A DNA stretch of 64,000 nucleotides from Bacteroidota bacterium (GCA_947466965.1 CANIFU010000002.1:85081-149080); one strand, 5' to 3'. Numbered from the stretch's first letter, positions 49,443-59,722 are shown. A program made the numbers and translations. The notes: generated from the sequence alone by a model not told the origin.

Positions 49443-50108
49443 ATGAGAAATAATTGGTGGAAAATAATTGCAGTAGTATTTGTGCTTTATACACTTATTG
49501 CTGGTTTTTTAATTCCTGTTCCTGCACAGCCTATTCTGCACGAAACCATCCGTAATCTTTATTTTCATGTGCCAATGTGGTTTTCAATGATGACCATACT
49601 TTTTATTTCTATTTGGCACAGCATCAAATACCTTAATAAATCAGATATACAAAGTGATATCATTGCAACACAAGCCGCACATGTAGGAATGTTGGTTGGT
49701 GCTTTAGGACTGATCACCGGATCTTTTTGGGCAAAATATACCTGGGGTGCTTGGTGGGTTGCAGATACCAAACTGAATGGTGCAGCCATAACAATGCTTA
49801 TTTACCTTGCCTATTTTGTTTTAAGAGGTTCGATCGATGAGGAACAAAAACGTGCACGTATTGCTGCCGTCTATAATATTTTCGCCTATGTGATGCTGAT
49901 CGTTTTTTTAATGGTTCTTCCACGTATGAGCGACTCGCTTCATCCCGGAAACGGAGGAAACCCCGGTTTTAACAAGTATGATCTGGACAGTAATATGCGG
50001 ATGGTTTTCTATCCCGCTGTGATCGGATGGATACTTTTTACTGTATGGATATTTACGCTTAAAGTAAGAATAGAAAAACTTAAAAGAAAAAATTTAATAA
50101 ATGAATAA
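49443..50108 (+). CDS. ccmC: Cytochrome c maturation protein C
   Basis: LYFHVPMW, WWD domain TGSFWAKYTWGAWWVADTK, SLHPG. Confidence 0.9.
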   Translation: MRNNWWKIIAVVFVLYTLIAGFLIPVPAQPILHETIRNLYFHVPMWFSMMTILFISIWHSIKYLNKSDIQSDIIATQAAHVGMLVGALGLITGSFWAKYTWGAWWVADTKLNGAAITMLIYLAYFVLRGSIDEEQKRARIAAVYNIFAYVMLIVFLMVLPRMSDSLHPGNGGNPGFNKYDLDSNMRMVFYPAVIGWILFTVWIFTLKVRIEKLKRKNLINE

Positions 50109-50331
50109 TTCAATAAAAATAACACTGCTTTCATTTTTAATGATGATTGTTATAGCAAGTGCAAGCGCTCAGCAAAATGAACCGGTTGAAATGGCAACCG
50201 GACTTTATCAATCCGGAAAGATCTATGTGGTTGTGATTGTTATCTCGGTTATTTTTATCGGTATCACCGGATATTTAATTTCGCTTGACAGAAAGATCAG
50301 TAAATTAGAAAAAGAAGCTAAAAACAAATAG
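50101..50331 (+). CDS. ccmD: CcmD-family small membrane protein
   Basis: GKIYVVVIVISVIFIGITGYLISLDRKISKLEK; located between ccmC and ccmE. Confidence 0.75.
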   Translation: MNNSIKITLLSFLMMIVIASASAQQNEPVEMATGLYQSGKIYVVVIVISVIFIGITGYLISLDRKISKLEKEAKNK

Positions 50332-50334
50332 AAT

Positions 50335-50730
50335 ATGAAAAAGGTTCACATACTTGGCATCATCCTCATTGCGGTAGCAATTGGCGCTATATTCACAACA
50401 TTAAACAATACCAGCACTTATGCTGATTTCACAGAAGCGGCAAAGAATCCGGGAAGCGAATTTCACGTAGTTGGAAAATTGAACAAAGAAAAAGAAGCCG
50501 TTTACGAACCTAAAGTAGATGCCAATCTTTTTACATTTTATATGATCGATAACAAAGGCGTTGAATCTAAGGTTATATTGCATAAAAATAAACCTCAGGA
50601 CTTTAAAAGTTCTGAACAAATTGTATTGATCGGACAAATGCAGGGACAAGAATTTCACGCTTCTGATATTTTAATGAAATGTCCTTCTAAATATAATGAC
50701 GGCAAACCAGAAGAAACGGCAAGCAAGTAA
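50335..50730 (+). CDS. ccmE: Heme chaperone CcmE (CxxxY variant)
   Basis: N-terminal TM helix, KPQDF, ILMKCPSKY. Confidence 0.9.
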   Translation: MKKVHILGIILIAVAIGAIFTTLNNTSTYADFTEAAKNPGSEFHVVGKLNKEKEAVYEPKVDANLFTFYMIDNKGVESKVILHKNKPQDFKSSEQIVLIGQMQGQEFHASDILMKCPSKYNDGKPEETASK

Positions 50731-50807
50731 TTTTTTAAAGCATATTTATTGAACGCTAACTCGTTTACAGAGTTCATAAAGATTAAAAATTCTTACAGTA
50801 TAAACAT

Positions 50808-53225
50808 ATGGAATACATTGGTGAACATTTAGGAATTGGTAAAGTTGGAAATGTATTTGTAATCCTATCCTTTGTGCTTGCTTTGTTAGCAAGCATTTCT
50901 TATTTTTTTGCGGCAAAAGACAATGACGATTCAGTATCGTGGAAACGCATCGGAAGAATTGCTTTCCGTTTACACGGCCTTTCTGTAATGGGAATTGTGA
51001 GCACCTTGTTCATCATGCTCATGAATCATTATTTTGAATATGAATATGTTTGGCATCATAGCAACAAAGAGATGCCTATGCGTTACATACTTTCTTGTTT
51101 CTGGGAAGGTCAAGAAGGAAGTTTTTTACTGTGGACGTTCTGGCAGGTTGTACTTGGTTTGATGCTGCAACGTACCGCAAAAAAATGGGAAGCGCCTGTA
51201 ATGGCTGTCATTTCATTGGTTCAGGTATTTCTTGCTTCTATGTTATTGGGAATCACCATTGCAGACTATCATTTAGGAAGCAATCCCTTTACTGTTCTTT
51301 TGCGCGACCATCCCGACTTTGCAAACATCCCCTTGTTTTCCAGTCCGAATTACATCGATAAAATTGATGGACGTGGATTAAATCCATTGTTACAAAACTA
51401 TTGGATGACCATCCACCCTCCTACGCTGTTTCTTGGTTTTGCATTAACTGTTGTTCCTTTTGCCTATGCAATTGCTGGTTTATGGAAAAAGAATTTTACG
51501 GAGTGGCTTAAACCTGCATTACCATGGACATATGCTGGTGTTACTGTTTTAGGCGTTGGAATTTTGATGGGCGGTGCTTGGGCTTATGAAGCTTTAAGTT
51601 TTGGTGGTTTCTGGGCCTGGGATCCTGTTGAAAATGCTTCACTAGTTCCATGGCTTACTCTTGTTGGGGCTGCACATCTAATGTTGATTAACCGCAATAA
51701 AGGTCAATCATTATTTACAGCTTTTTTCTTAGCTATACTTACGTTTATTTTAATTCTGTATTCTACCTATCTCACGCGAAGTGGTATTTTGGGTGAAACT
51801 TCCGTTCACTCATTTCCAACTGCTGGTATGGCCGGACAACTGCTCGTTTATCTTTTTTGCTTTCTGATTATCGGTATTCTATTGTTGGTCATAAATTGGA
51901 AACATTTCCCGAAACAAGATACCGAAGAAGGTCTATGGTCGCGCGAATTCTGGATGTTTGTTGGTGCAATTGTACTCCTCGTTTCCTCTTTCCAAATCAT
52001 ATTTTACACCTCCATGCCGGTATGGAACAAGATCTTTGGAATGAACAAAGCGCCACTAAAAGAAGTCGTGACGTTCTACAATAACTGGCAATTGCCCTTT
52101 GCATTTGTTGTTACCTTGCTAATTGCCGTTGGCCAATATTTTAAATATAAGAACACGGATATAAAATTTTTCTTAAAAAACATTTCCCTTTCTTTCTTTC
52201 TTTCACTGGGCTTAACAATTATAATGATTTTCTTATTAAACTACAAAAATCGCTACTACTCCATCTTGTTGTTTTCTTCCATTTTTGCTGCAGTTGCAAA
52301 TGCAGATTACATGTTCAGAGTTCTTCGGGGAAAAATAAAAAAAGCAGGAGCTTCCATTGCACACATTGGTTTTGCATTGGTGTTATTAGGTGCATTGATT
52401 TCTACTTCTAAAAAAGATGTTATCTCACAAAACACTTCTGGAAAAAGTGTGGAGAGTCTAGGTAAATCATTCTCCAACAACGACAACATTTTGCTTACTC
52501 AGGGCGATACGCTTAAAATGGGTAAATACTTGGTAACATATAAAGGTAAACGACAAGAAGGAATAAATATTTATTTTGATGTTGATTATTTCTCGAAGGA
52601 TGAAACAGGAAAATTGGTAAAAGAATTTTCATTAGCGCCTTTGGTTCAAACAAATCCACGCATGGGAAATGTAGCAGAACCTGATACTCGCCACTTTTTA
52701 ACCTATGATGTTTACACGCATGTTACATTTGCAGATCTTGAAACACTTTTAGAAAAAAAACAACAAACATCAGATGAATATGCTCCCGCAAAAAATTTCA
52801 CTCTAAAAAAAGGAGACAGTATTTTTTCATCGAATGCTATTATTATTTTTGATTCGCTATCGGTCAATATTGATAAAAGAAAATATCATTTGAGCGAAAA
52901 CGATATTGCTGTGGAGGCAAACTTTCAAGTTTTAGATATCTCCAAAAAATATGAGGCAAACCCTGTTTATGTAATTCGTAATAATAGTATACAACCTATT
53001 GAATCACGAGTAGATCAATTGGGTTTAAAATTTATGTTTTGGCAGATTAACCCAGAAGATGGAAAAATTCAGATCTCCTTACAAGAGAAAAAATCAAACG
53101 TTCGAGACTTTATAGTAATGCAGGCAATGGTCTTCCCATACATTAATATTCTTTGGATCGGTTGTATCATAATGGCTATAGGAACTATATTGGCCATTTT
53201 AGAAAGAATAAGAAGATCTTCTTAA
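50808..53225 (+). CDS. ccmF: Cytochrome c maturation heme lyase CcmF
   Basis: WEGQEGSFLLW, GRGLNPLLQNYWMTIHPP, WAYEALSFGGFWAWDPVENAS, TRSG...SVHSF, AHIG. Confidence 0.93.
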   Translation: MEYIGEHLGIGKVGNVFVILSFVLALLASISYFFAAKDNDDSVSWKRIGRIAFRLHGLSVMGIVSTLFIMLMNHYFEYEYVWHHSNKEMPMRYILSCFWEGQEGSFLLWTFWQVVLGLMLQRTAKKWEAPVMAVISLVQVFLASMLLGITIADYHLGSNPFTVLLRDHPDFANIPLFSSPNYIDKIDGRGLNPLLQNYWMTIHPPTLFLGFALTVVPFAYAIAGLWKKNFTEWLKPALPWTYAGVTVLGVGILMGGAWAYEALSFGGFWAWDPVENASLVPWLTLVGAAHLMLINRNKGQSLFTAFFLAILTFILILYSTYLTRSGILGETSVHSFPTAGMAGQLLVYLFCFLIIGILLLVINWKHFPKQDTEEGLWSREFWMFVGAIVLLVSSFQIIFYTSMPVWNKIFGMNKAPLKEVVTFYNNWQLPFAFVVTLLIAVGQYFKYKNTDIKFFLKNISLSFFLSLGLTIIMIFLLNYKNRYYSILLFSSIFAAVANADYMFRVLRGKIKKAGASIAHIGFALVLLGALISTSKKDVISQNTSGKSVESLGKSFSNNDNILLTQGDTLKMGKYLVTYKGKRQEGINIYFDVDYFSKDETGKLVKEFSLAPLVQTNPRMGNVAEPDTRHFLTYDVYTHVTFADLETLLEKKQQTSDEYAPAKNFTLKKGDSIFSSNAIIIFDSLSVNIDKRKYHLSENDIAVEANFQVLDISKKYEANPVYVIRNNSIQPIESRVDQLGLKFMFWQINPEDGKIQISLQEKKSNVRDFIVMQAMVFPYINILWIGCIIMAIGTILAILERIRRSS

Positions 53226-53236
53226 AACAACTACTA

Positions 53237-54016
53237 TTGAAACCTGAGATAAAAATAACGATCATTGGTGCAGGCAATCTTGCTACACAACTCGGACTTA
53301 CACTTTATAACGAAGGCTATTTTATATCTCAGGTATACAGCCGTAATCTCAAAAACGCCTCATTACTAGCTAAAAAATTAAAAGGAGAAGCTATTACCAA
53401 CCTGAAAAAACTTTCTTCTGATTCTTCCATTTACATCATTGCAGTAAAAGATGATGCGATCAAATCTGTTGCCGGACAATTAAATTTTAAAGATAAAATA
53501 GTTGTTCATACTTCCGGAAGCATTCCTATCGATGTATTAAAACACTGTTCTAAAAATTATGGCGTTTTTTATCCTTTACAAACATTTTCAAAAGAAAAAA
53601 AGGTTGATTTTAAAAAGATTCCAGTTTGTATTGAAGCAAATAACAGTATTACACTATCAACATTAGACTACTTTGCAAAAAGCATTAGTAAAAACGTAAA
53701 AAAAATAAATTCAGAAAAGCGCAAAAAAATTCATCTTGCTGCGGTGTTTGCATGCAATTTTAGTAACCATATGTATACGATTGCTGAAATATTGTTGTAT
53801 AAAGACAAATTATCGCTTGATCTTTTAAAACCATTAATCGAGGAAACTGCAAATAAAATAAAAGAGAATAAACCTTTGAAAACACAAACAGGTCCTGCTG
53901 TTAGAAATGATAAAAAAACAATGGAAGCGCATTTAAAATTGTTATCAAAGGAAAAAGACTTACAGAAAATATACGCAATGATTAGTAAAAGTATAAAAGG
54001 GATTACTACACTTTAA
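53237..54016 (+). CDS. Rossmann-like and DUF2520 domain protein
   Basis: IIGAGNLA, IAVKDDAI, HTSGS, FYPLQTFS, HLAAVFACNF, QTGPAVR. Probable TTG start at 53237. Confidence 0.85.
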   Translation: MKPEIKITIIGAGNLATQLGLTLYNEGYFISQVYSRNLKNASLLAKKLKGEAITNLKKLSSDSSIYIIAVKDDAIKSVAGQLNFKDKIVVHTSGSIPIDVLKHCSKNYGVFYPLQTFSKEKKVDFKKIPVCIEANNSITLSTLDYFAKSISKNVKKINSEKRKKIHLAAVFACNFSNHMYTIAEILLYKDKLSLDLLKPLIEETANKIKENKPLKTQTGPAVRNDKKTMEAHLKLLSKEKDLQKIYAMISKSIKGITTL

Positions 54017-54072
54017 TCGGAATTAGAATAAGTGATTTTCGAGATGACAATTAATAAAGTAAATTAGAAACG

Positions 54073-54594
54073 ATGGAAAATTTCAAAACAAAACTTACCA
54101 AAGTGAAAGCATTTATTTTTGATGTGGATGGCGTTCTTACGGATGGCTCGGTTACACTTATGCCTGATGGGGAACAAGTAAGAATAATGAACATTAAAGA
54201 TGGATATGCGCTGCAATTGGCCGTAAAAAAGGGATACAAAATTGCGATCATCTCTGGTGGCAAATCAGAAATGGTGCGCAAGCGATTACTTGGTTTAGGC
54301 ATTACAGATATTTATTTAGGGGTACATACAAAAATTGATGTCTACAAAGAGTTAATTGAAATTTACAATATATCTCCTGAAGAAATACTTTACATGGGGG
54401 ATGATCTTCCCGACTATGAAGTGATGCAACAAATCGGGGTTCCAACATGTCCGAATGATTCCGCGGTGGAGATAAAAGATATTTCCATTTATGTTTCCGA
54501 TAAAAAAGGCGGAGAAGGTGCTGTTCGTGATGTTATTGAACAAGTGTTGAGGGTTCAAGGGCAATGGTTCAGCAAAGAAGGTTTTGTGTGGTAA
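54073..54594 (+). CDS. kdsC: KDO 8-phosphate phosphatase (HAD-IIIA)
   Basis: FDVDGVLTDG, NIKDG, ISGG, YMGDDLPD, GGEGAVR. Confidence 0.9.
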   Translation: MENFKTKLTKVKAFIFDVDGVLTDGSVTLMPDGEQVRIMNIKDGYALQLAVKKGYKIAIISGGKSEMVRKRLLGLGITDIYLGVHTKIDVYKELIEIYNISPEEILYMGDDLPDYEVMQQIGVPTCPNDSAVEIKDISIYVSDKKGGEGAVRDVIEQVLRVQGQWFSKEGFVW

Positions 54595-54670
54595 GTACCG
54601 ACAAAAAGCATATAAAAATAAAGATAGAATTAATTTCTCACTAGAAATAACAACGTTTAGCAAGTAGTTT

Positions 54671-55639
54671 ATGATTGCATTTTTAAAATTAATCCGGATT
54701 CAGAATTTATTGATCATCGCATTCACGCAGTATGCTGTTCGCTGGTGCATTGTGTATCCGATCATAAAACTGAACAGTACCTATTATACGCTTCAGCTTT
54801 CAGAAATCAACTTTTTCTTATTGGTTTTGTCTACTGTAATGATAGCGGCAGCAGGTTATATCATTAACGATTATTTTGATGTACGCATCGACAAAGTAAA
54901 TAAACCCGAGCGCATGTTAATTGACAAAGGCGTTAAAAGAAGAGTTGCAATTGGTGCGCATACTGTAATAAATGTGCTTGCACTGTTGATCGCTTTTTAT
55001 GTTTCCTATTCTATAAGTTCATGGAGATTAACACTTATTCATTTTATATGTGCCGGAGGATTGTGGTTCTATTCAACTACTTTCAAGCGTCAGTTCTTTG
55101 TCGGAAATTTGGTGATCGCCTTATTTACAGCGCTTGTACCTATCATCGCGGTTGTATATGATATGATACCTATTTACAGAGCCTACTTACCGATAGAAGA
55201 AAGTCTGAGTTTCAAATCTGTTTGGGAATACACACTTGCCTTATCCTTTTTTGCTTTCTTAACAACCTTGTTGCGTGAAATGATTAAAGATATCGAAGAT
55301 GTAGACGGTGATGAAGAATTTGGTTGTAAAACAATGCCTATCGTATTGGGTATCCGAACTACAAAAAACATTGCGATCTTCATTGCATTCGTAACGATCA
55401 TCTGTTTGGTTTATGTTGAAATGCAATTCCTGAAGATGGGTGATACCGTTTCCTTGATATATTTTATTGTGGCTTTGCAACTACCGCTTCTTTTCCTAAT
55501 CTACAAGATAAAGATAGCTCAGGAAAAAAAACAATTTCGTTTTGCGGGTAACTTTTCTAAATTTATTATGCTTATGGGAATCCTTTATCTATTGGTTTTC
55601 GCCTACCCTATCTTACACAACTATCTGAATGCAATTTGA
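54671..55639 (+). CDS. UbiA-family prenyltransferase (DGGGP-synthase-like)
   Basis: AAGYIINDYFDVRIDKVNKP, REMIKDIEDVDGD, multiple TM helices. Confidence 0.88.
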   Translation: MIAFLKLIRIQNLLIIAFTQYAVRWCIVYPIIKLNSTYYTLQLSEINFFLLVLSTVMIAAAGYIINDYFDVRIDKVNKPERMLIDKGVKRRVAIGAHTVINVLALLIAFYVSYSISSWRLTLIHFICAGGLWFYSTTFKRQFFVGNLVIALFTALVPIIAVVYDMIPIYRAYLPIEESLSFKSVWEYTLALSFFAFLTTLLREMIKDIEDVDGDEEFGCKTMPIVLGIRTTKNIAIFIAFVTIICLVYVEMQFLKMGDTVSLIYFIVALQLPLLFLIYKIKIAQEKKQFRFAGNFSKFIMLMGILYLLVFAYPILHNYLNAI

Positions 55640-56210
55640 AGAACTGAAAAAATACACCTTGCTGCTGGCTTCTAAATCGCCCCGCAGACAATATCTTTTG
55701 AAAGAACTTGGTCTCGATTTTGAGGTTCGCATTAAAGAAGTGGATGAAAGTTTTCCGGAGCAATTAAAAGCTGCAGAAATCCCCTTATATCTTTGCGAAA
55801 AAAAAGCAGACGCATTTGATGAAGAGTTAACTGACAATACGATTGTAATAACGGCAGATACAATTGTATGGATAAACGGGCATGTTCTCAACAAGCCTCA
55901 GAACTACGATGATGCGTTAAGAATGCTGCAACTGCTTTCCGGTAAGATGCATGAAGTATATACCGGAGTTTGTTTAAAATCGAAACACAAAACAACATCT
56001 TTCGTTGCGCTCACAAAAGTTTATTTCAAGGAACTCAGCTTGGAAGAAATTGAATTTTACATCGGGAATTATAAACCTTACGACAAGGCCGGAGCTTATG
56101 GAGCACAGGAATGGATGGGTTACATTGCTATAGACAGAATCGAAGGCACTTATTTTAATGTAATGGGCTTGCCGGTTAGAGAGTTGTATGAAGCGTTGTT
56201 GAAGTTTTAA
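55629..56210 (+). CDS. maf: Maf-family nucleotide pyrophosphatase
   Basis: LASKSPRR, ADTIV, LNKP, DKAGAYG, NVMGLP. Confidence 0.93.
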   Translation: MQFEELKKYTLLLASKSPRRQYLLKELGLDFEVRIKEVDESFPEQLKAAEIPLYLCEKKADAFDEELTDNTIVITADTIVWINGHVLNKPQNYDDALRMLQLLSGKMHEVYTGVCLKSKHKTTSFVALTKVYFKELSLEEIEFYIGNYKPYDKAGAYGAQEWMGYIAIDRIEGTYFNVMGLPVRELYEALLKF

Positions 56211-56261
56211 AAAAATAAAAAAAGACACGAAAAAATTATTCTCCGTGTCTAAATTCTAAAA

Positions 56262-57416
56262 TCAGATCCTTACTCCCATTACCAATACATCATCCATCTG
56301 CGGTTCGTCTTGCCTCCAATTCAACAATGCATATTGCAAAAAAGAATGCTGTTCTTCCATTTCCATTCCTTGTAATGACAACAACAACTCTTTAAAACGC
56401 TTTCTATTGAATTTCTTTTTCAGCTCACCACCAAACTGATCGCAGTATCCATCTGTAAAAAAGTAAAAGGTATCCTCTTTTTTCAATTCAATTTCTTTCG
56501 AGACAAATATCTTTTCTACATCAGCATAAAATCCAATCGGATAACGATTTGCTTCAAACTCAATCAATTCATGGTCACGCAGAAGTAACATAGGGCGGAA
56601 TGCACCTGAATAGCTAACGCTATTCTTTTCTGAATCAAATACGGCCAATGCCACATCCATTCCATCGTTTGTGATCTCTCCTTTTTTGTTGAGTGCCGCA
56701 AATAATTCTTCGTCCAGCGCATATAATATTTCGGAAGGTTCCGTAATTCCTTTTTTTACGATTACCTCTTTTAATATTCCATTGGCAATGATGCTCATTA
56801 ATGCTCCCGGAACACCGTGTCCCGTGCAATCAACAGCCGCGACAAATGATTTACTTCCTCTTTGGTAAAAGAAATAATAATCGCCACTCACTAAATCTTT
56901 TGGCTGGTACAAAACAAATGCATCTGAAAATGCGTTTTTTATTTTTTCTATGTCAGGCAAAATCGCTTCTTGAATTCGACTGGCGTATTGAATACTATCC
57001 ACCATATCTTTATTATGCTGCTCCAGTTCTTTGTGTTTCTCAATTAACTTTTGTTCAGCTTTTTTCCTATCCGTTATATCATGTCCGATGCCAACCAATG
57101 TATTTGCAGGTCCTTTGGATGTGTTCCATAATATCCATTTATCGCCACCTGTTGCCGTTTTTAATAATCGTTCGTAAGTAACAGACTCCATTAATGAATT
57201 CTGTTGAAGTTGTTGCATAGTGAGTTCTTTTACTGCTTCCCGTTCAAGAATATCAATGCGGGTTAAATCCCACCAACCTTCACCTAATAATTGTTCCTGC
57301 TCAAAACCAAGCATACGTTTTGTGGATGGACTTACATATTCAACTTTACCTTGTTGATTTACAACAACAATTAAACTGTTGAGCTTAGCTAATATAGCAT
57401 CTGTAACTAGTGACAT
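56262..57416 (-). CDS. PAS-domain SpoIIE/PP2C phosphatase
   Basis: Start MSLVTDAIL (57416), PAS domain (YVSPS...LGF...GHDITDRK), coiled coil, VSGDYY, VDCTGHGVPGA, FTDGYCDQFGG, QMDD. Confidence 0.92.
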   Translation of the reverse strand: MSLVTDAILAKLNSLIVVVNQQGKVEYVSPSTKRMLGFEQEQLLGEGWWDLTRIDILEREAVKELTMQQLQQNSLMESVTYERLLKTATGGDKWILWNTSKGPANTLVGIGHDITDRKKAEQKLIEKHKELEQHNKDMVDSIQYASRIQEAILPDIEKIKNAFSDAFVLYQPKDLVSGDYYFFYQRGSKSFVAAVDCTGHGVPGALMSIIANGILKEVIVKKGITEPSEILYALDEELFAALNKKGEITNDGMDVALAVFDSEKNSVSYSGAFRPMLLLRDHELIEFEANRYPIGFYADVEKIFVSKEIELKKEDTFYFFTDGYCDQFGGELKKKFNRKRFKELLLSLQGMEMEEQHSFLQYALLNWRQDEPQMDDVLVMGVRI

Positions 57417-57494
57417 AACTAAAAGTATAAAAGGCAAAATGCCTGAATTTAAAATTAAGAAATTTGGAGTTGCTTCCTGGAAGCGGCAGTGAAA

Positions 57495-57608
57495 TTATCT
57501 GCTAAGGGGAATACGATTAAATCGCATATTGCACATACAATGCCACATTCCCTTGGTAATAACCATGAGAATAGTAAATGAAAGAATGGTATTTATTGCT
57601 TTTGACAT
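57495..57608 (-). CDS. Putative 37-aa leader peptide (uORF)
   Basis: MSKAINTILSFTILMVITKGMWHCMCNMRFNRIPLSR*. The ATG has an A-rich context 16 nt downstream of a TACATTTG promoter (57625-57632). The stop is ~80 nt before the PAS-PP2C start. Confidence 0.45.
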   Translation of the reverse strand: MSKAINTILSFTILMVITKGMWHCMCNMRFNRIPLSR

Positions 57609-57775
57609 TTTGTATTTGTTGGTGCAAATGTATAACAATTTTCTTAAATCAACTATAATGAAAATAAAGGCTAGGAGTCGTCAGAATAAATTAGGCCTAC
57701 ATACTTTTAAAATAAAGAACTTCAGCGTTTTTTTTAAATTATGCTTAAAATATTAACTACTACATTTATAGATTA

Positions 57776-57811
57776 AAAAAAAGCGCCATCCAAATTACGG
57801 ATAGCGCTTTT
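57776..57811 (-). terminator. Intrinsic terminator of sucC
   Basis: A-run then AAGCGCCATCC...GGATAGCGCTTT. Confidence 0.75.
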
Positions 57812-57831
57812 CTTATTTTGATTAAGTTATT

Positions 57832-59043
57832 TTAACTCAACACTTTTTTCACAAGATCAGCAGCCTCTTGCAATGCGATTGCAGAATAAACTTTTAATCC
57901 TGACTCATCAATAATCTTTTTCGCTTCAACAGCATTTGTACCTTGAAGACGTATAATGATAGGCACATTGATTGTTCCCATATTTTTATATGCATCTACA
58001 ATACCTTGTGCTACTCTGTCGCAACGAACAATTCCACCAAAAATATTTACTAAAATTGCTTTTACTTTAGGATCTTTTAAAATGATACGGAAAGCTTGTT
58101 CAACGCGCGCAGCATTAGCAGTACCTCCCACATCAAGGAAGTTAGCTGGATCACCACCAGATAATTTAATGATATCCATTGTTGCCATTGCCAAACCAGC
58201 ACCATTCACCATACAACCAACGTTTCCGTCAAGTTTTACATAGTTTAAACCATGCTCACCTGCTTCAACTTCTGTTGGATCTTCTTCTGTTGTATCACGT
58301 AAAGCCAATAGATCAGGATGACGGAACAAACCGTTTCCATCTAAAGCAACTTTAGAATCTACAGCAATGATCTTGTTATCAGATGTTTTTAAAACCGGAT
58401 TGATCTCAAACATGGATGAATCTGTTGCTTCGTAAGCTTTATAAAGAGAGGCTACAAATTTTGTCATTCCTTTAAATGCTTCACCGCTTAAACCTAAGTT
58501 AAAAGCTATTTTGCGGCATTGAAAATCACGCAAACCTACTTTAGGATCGATCTCTTCTTTAAAAATTAAATGAGGTGTATTGTGTGCAACTGTTTCAATA
58601 TCCATTCCACCTTCAGTAGAATACATGATCGTATTACGACCTTTTGCTCTGTCTAAAAGCACACTCACATAAAATTCTTTCACAGGAGATTCACCCGGAT
58701 AATAAACATCCTGCGCAATCAATACTTTGCTTACTTTTTTACCTGTAGCACTTGTTTGAAGCGTTACAAGATTATTACCAAGAATATTTGTAGAGATAGA
58801 CTTTACATCATCCAAGGACTTTGCTAAAGCAACACCACGTTGTTCTGTTCCTACTATTTTTCCTTTACCACGTCCACCAGCATGAATTTGTGATTTTACA
58901 ACCCACCAACCAGTTCCGGTAGTTTTTTGCAATTCTTTAGCCGCTTCAACAGCTTGTTCGGGCGTTTCTGCAACAATACCTTCTTGTATTGCAACTCCAA
59001 AGCCTTTCAATACTGCTTTGCCTTGATATTCATGTATATTCAT
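57832..59043 (-). CDS. sucC: Succinyl-CoA synthetase beta subunit
   Basis: MNIHEYQGK, KSQIHAGGRGKG, EINP, GCMVNGAGLAMATMD, ANFLDVGG, NIFGGIVRCD. Confidence 0.97.
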   Translation of the reverse strand: MNIHEYQGKAVLKGFGVAIQEGIVAETPEQAVEAAKELQKTTGTGWWVVKSQIHAGGRGKGKIVGTEQRGVALAKSLDDVKSISTNILGNNLVTLQTSATGKKVSKVLIAQDVYYPGESPVKEFYVSVLLDRAKGRNTIMYSTEGGMDIETVAHNTPHLIFKEEIDPKVGLRDFQCRKIAFNLGLSGEAFKGMTKFVASLYKAYEATDSSMFEINPVLKTSDNKIIAVDSKVALDGNGLFRHPDLLALRDTTEEDPTEVEAGEHGLNYVKLDGNVGCMVNGAGLAMATMDIIKLSGGDPANFLDVGGTANAARVEQAFRIILKDPKVKAILVNIFGGIVRCDRVAQGIVDAYKNMGTINVPIIIRLQGTNAVEAKKIIDESGLKVYSAIALQEAADLVKKVLS

Positions 59044-59217
59044 AATGTTCTTGTTTAAGATTTAAGAGTTCCAAAAGTATGTTTTTTATTGCTGAAAATC
59101 AAATTTGTTTTATTCACAATTTATGACTGTGTGACGATAGTCCACCTTATGCTTTCAGGTGTATTTTTTTATATAATCAATGAACTAAATTATCAAAATG
59201 TATAAATCTTTAAAAAC

Positions 59218-59254
59218 AAAAATCCCTCGCCATTTGCATGATGAGGGATCTTTT
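59218..59254 (-). terminator. Intrinsic terminator of rpmE
   Basis: AAAAATCCCTC...GAGGGATCTTTT. Confidence 0.65.
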
Positions 59255-59271
59255 AATATATAAAAAAAGTA

Positions 59272-59550
59272 TTATTCTTCTGTTTTAGCTGCAGGTGCAT
59301 CACCTTTTTTAGCGTAACGCGTACGGAATTTATCAACACGACCAGCTGTATCTACCAATTTCACTTTACCTGTATAAAAAGGATGTGACATGTGAGAGAT
59401 CTCTAACTTAACGATAGGATATTCATTTCCATCTTCCCACTTTACAGTTTCTTTGCTTTCAACACAAGATTTTGTCAAAAATGAGTAATCAATACTTAAA
59501 TCTTTAAATACTACTAAACGGTAGTTTTCCGGGTGAATTCCTGCTTTCAT
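59272..59550 (-). CDS. rpmE: 50S ribosomal protein L31 type B
   Basis: [31 protein letters not shown]; no Zn-binding CxxC motifs. Confidence 0.95.
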   Translation of the reverse strand: MKAGIHPENYRLVVFKDLSIDYSFLTKSCVESKETVKWEDGNEYPIVKLEISHMSHPFYTGKVKLVDTAGRVDKFRTRYAKKGDAPAAKTEE

Positions 59551-59722
59551 TTTAATTCTATTTTTTAATTTCGGATTGCAAAGATAGTCATTTGTATTAA
59601 TTATGCAATATTTATGTAAAAAAATTACTTTCTTTATATTTTACGAGCTGCTTTGTCCTCAATTTATCTTTGTTAAAGCCCTTCTGCCGTTAAATATTCA
59701 ACTTTCTGATTATCTTTATCCA

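Noticed and set aside
54671-55639. Archaeal-type ether lipid pathway
   Set aside because: DGGGPS-like UbiA proteins are widespread in Bacteroidota, and no GGGP synthase or G1P dehydrogenase is present in this window.
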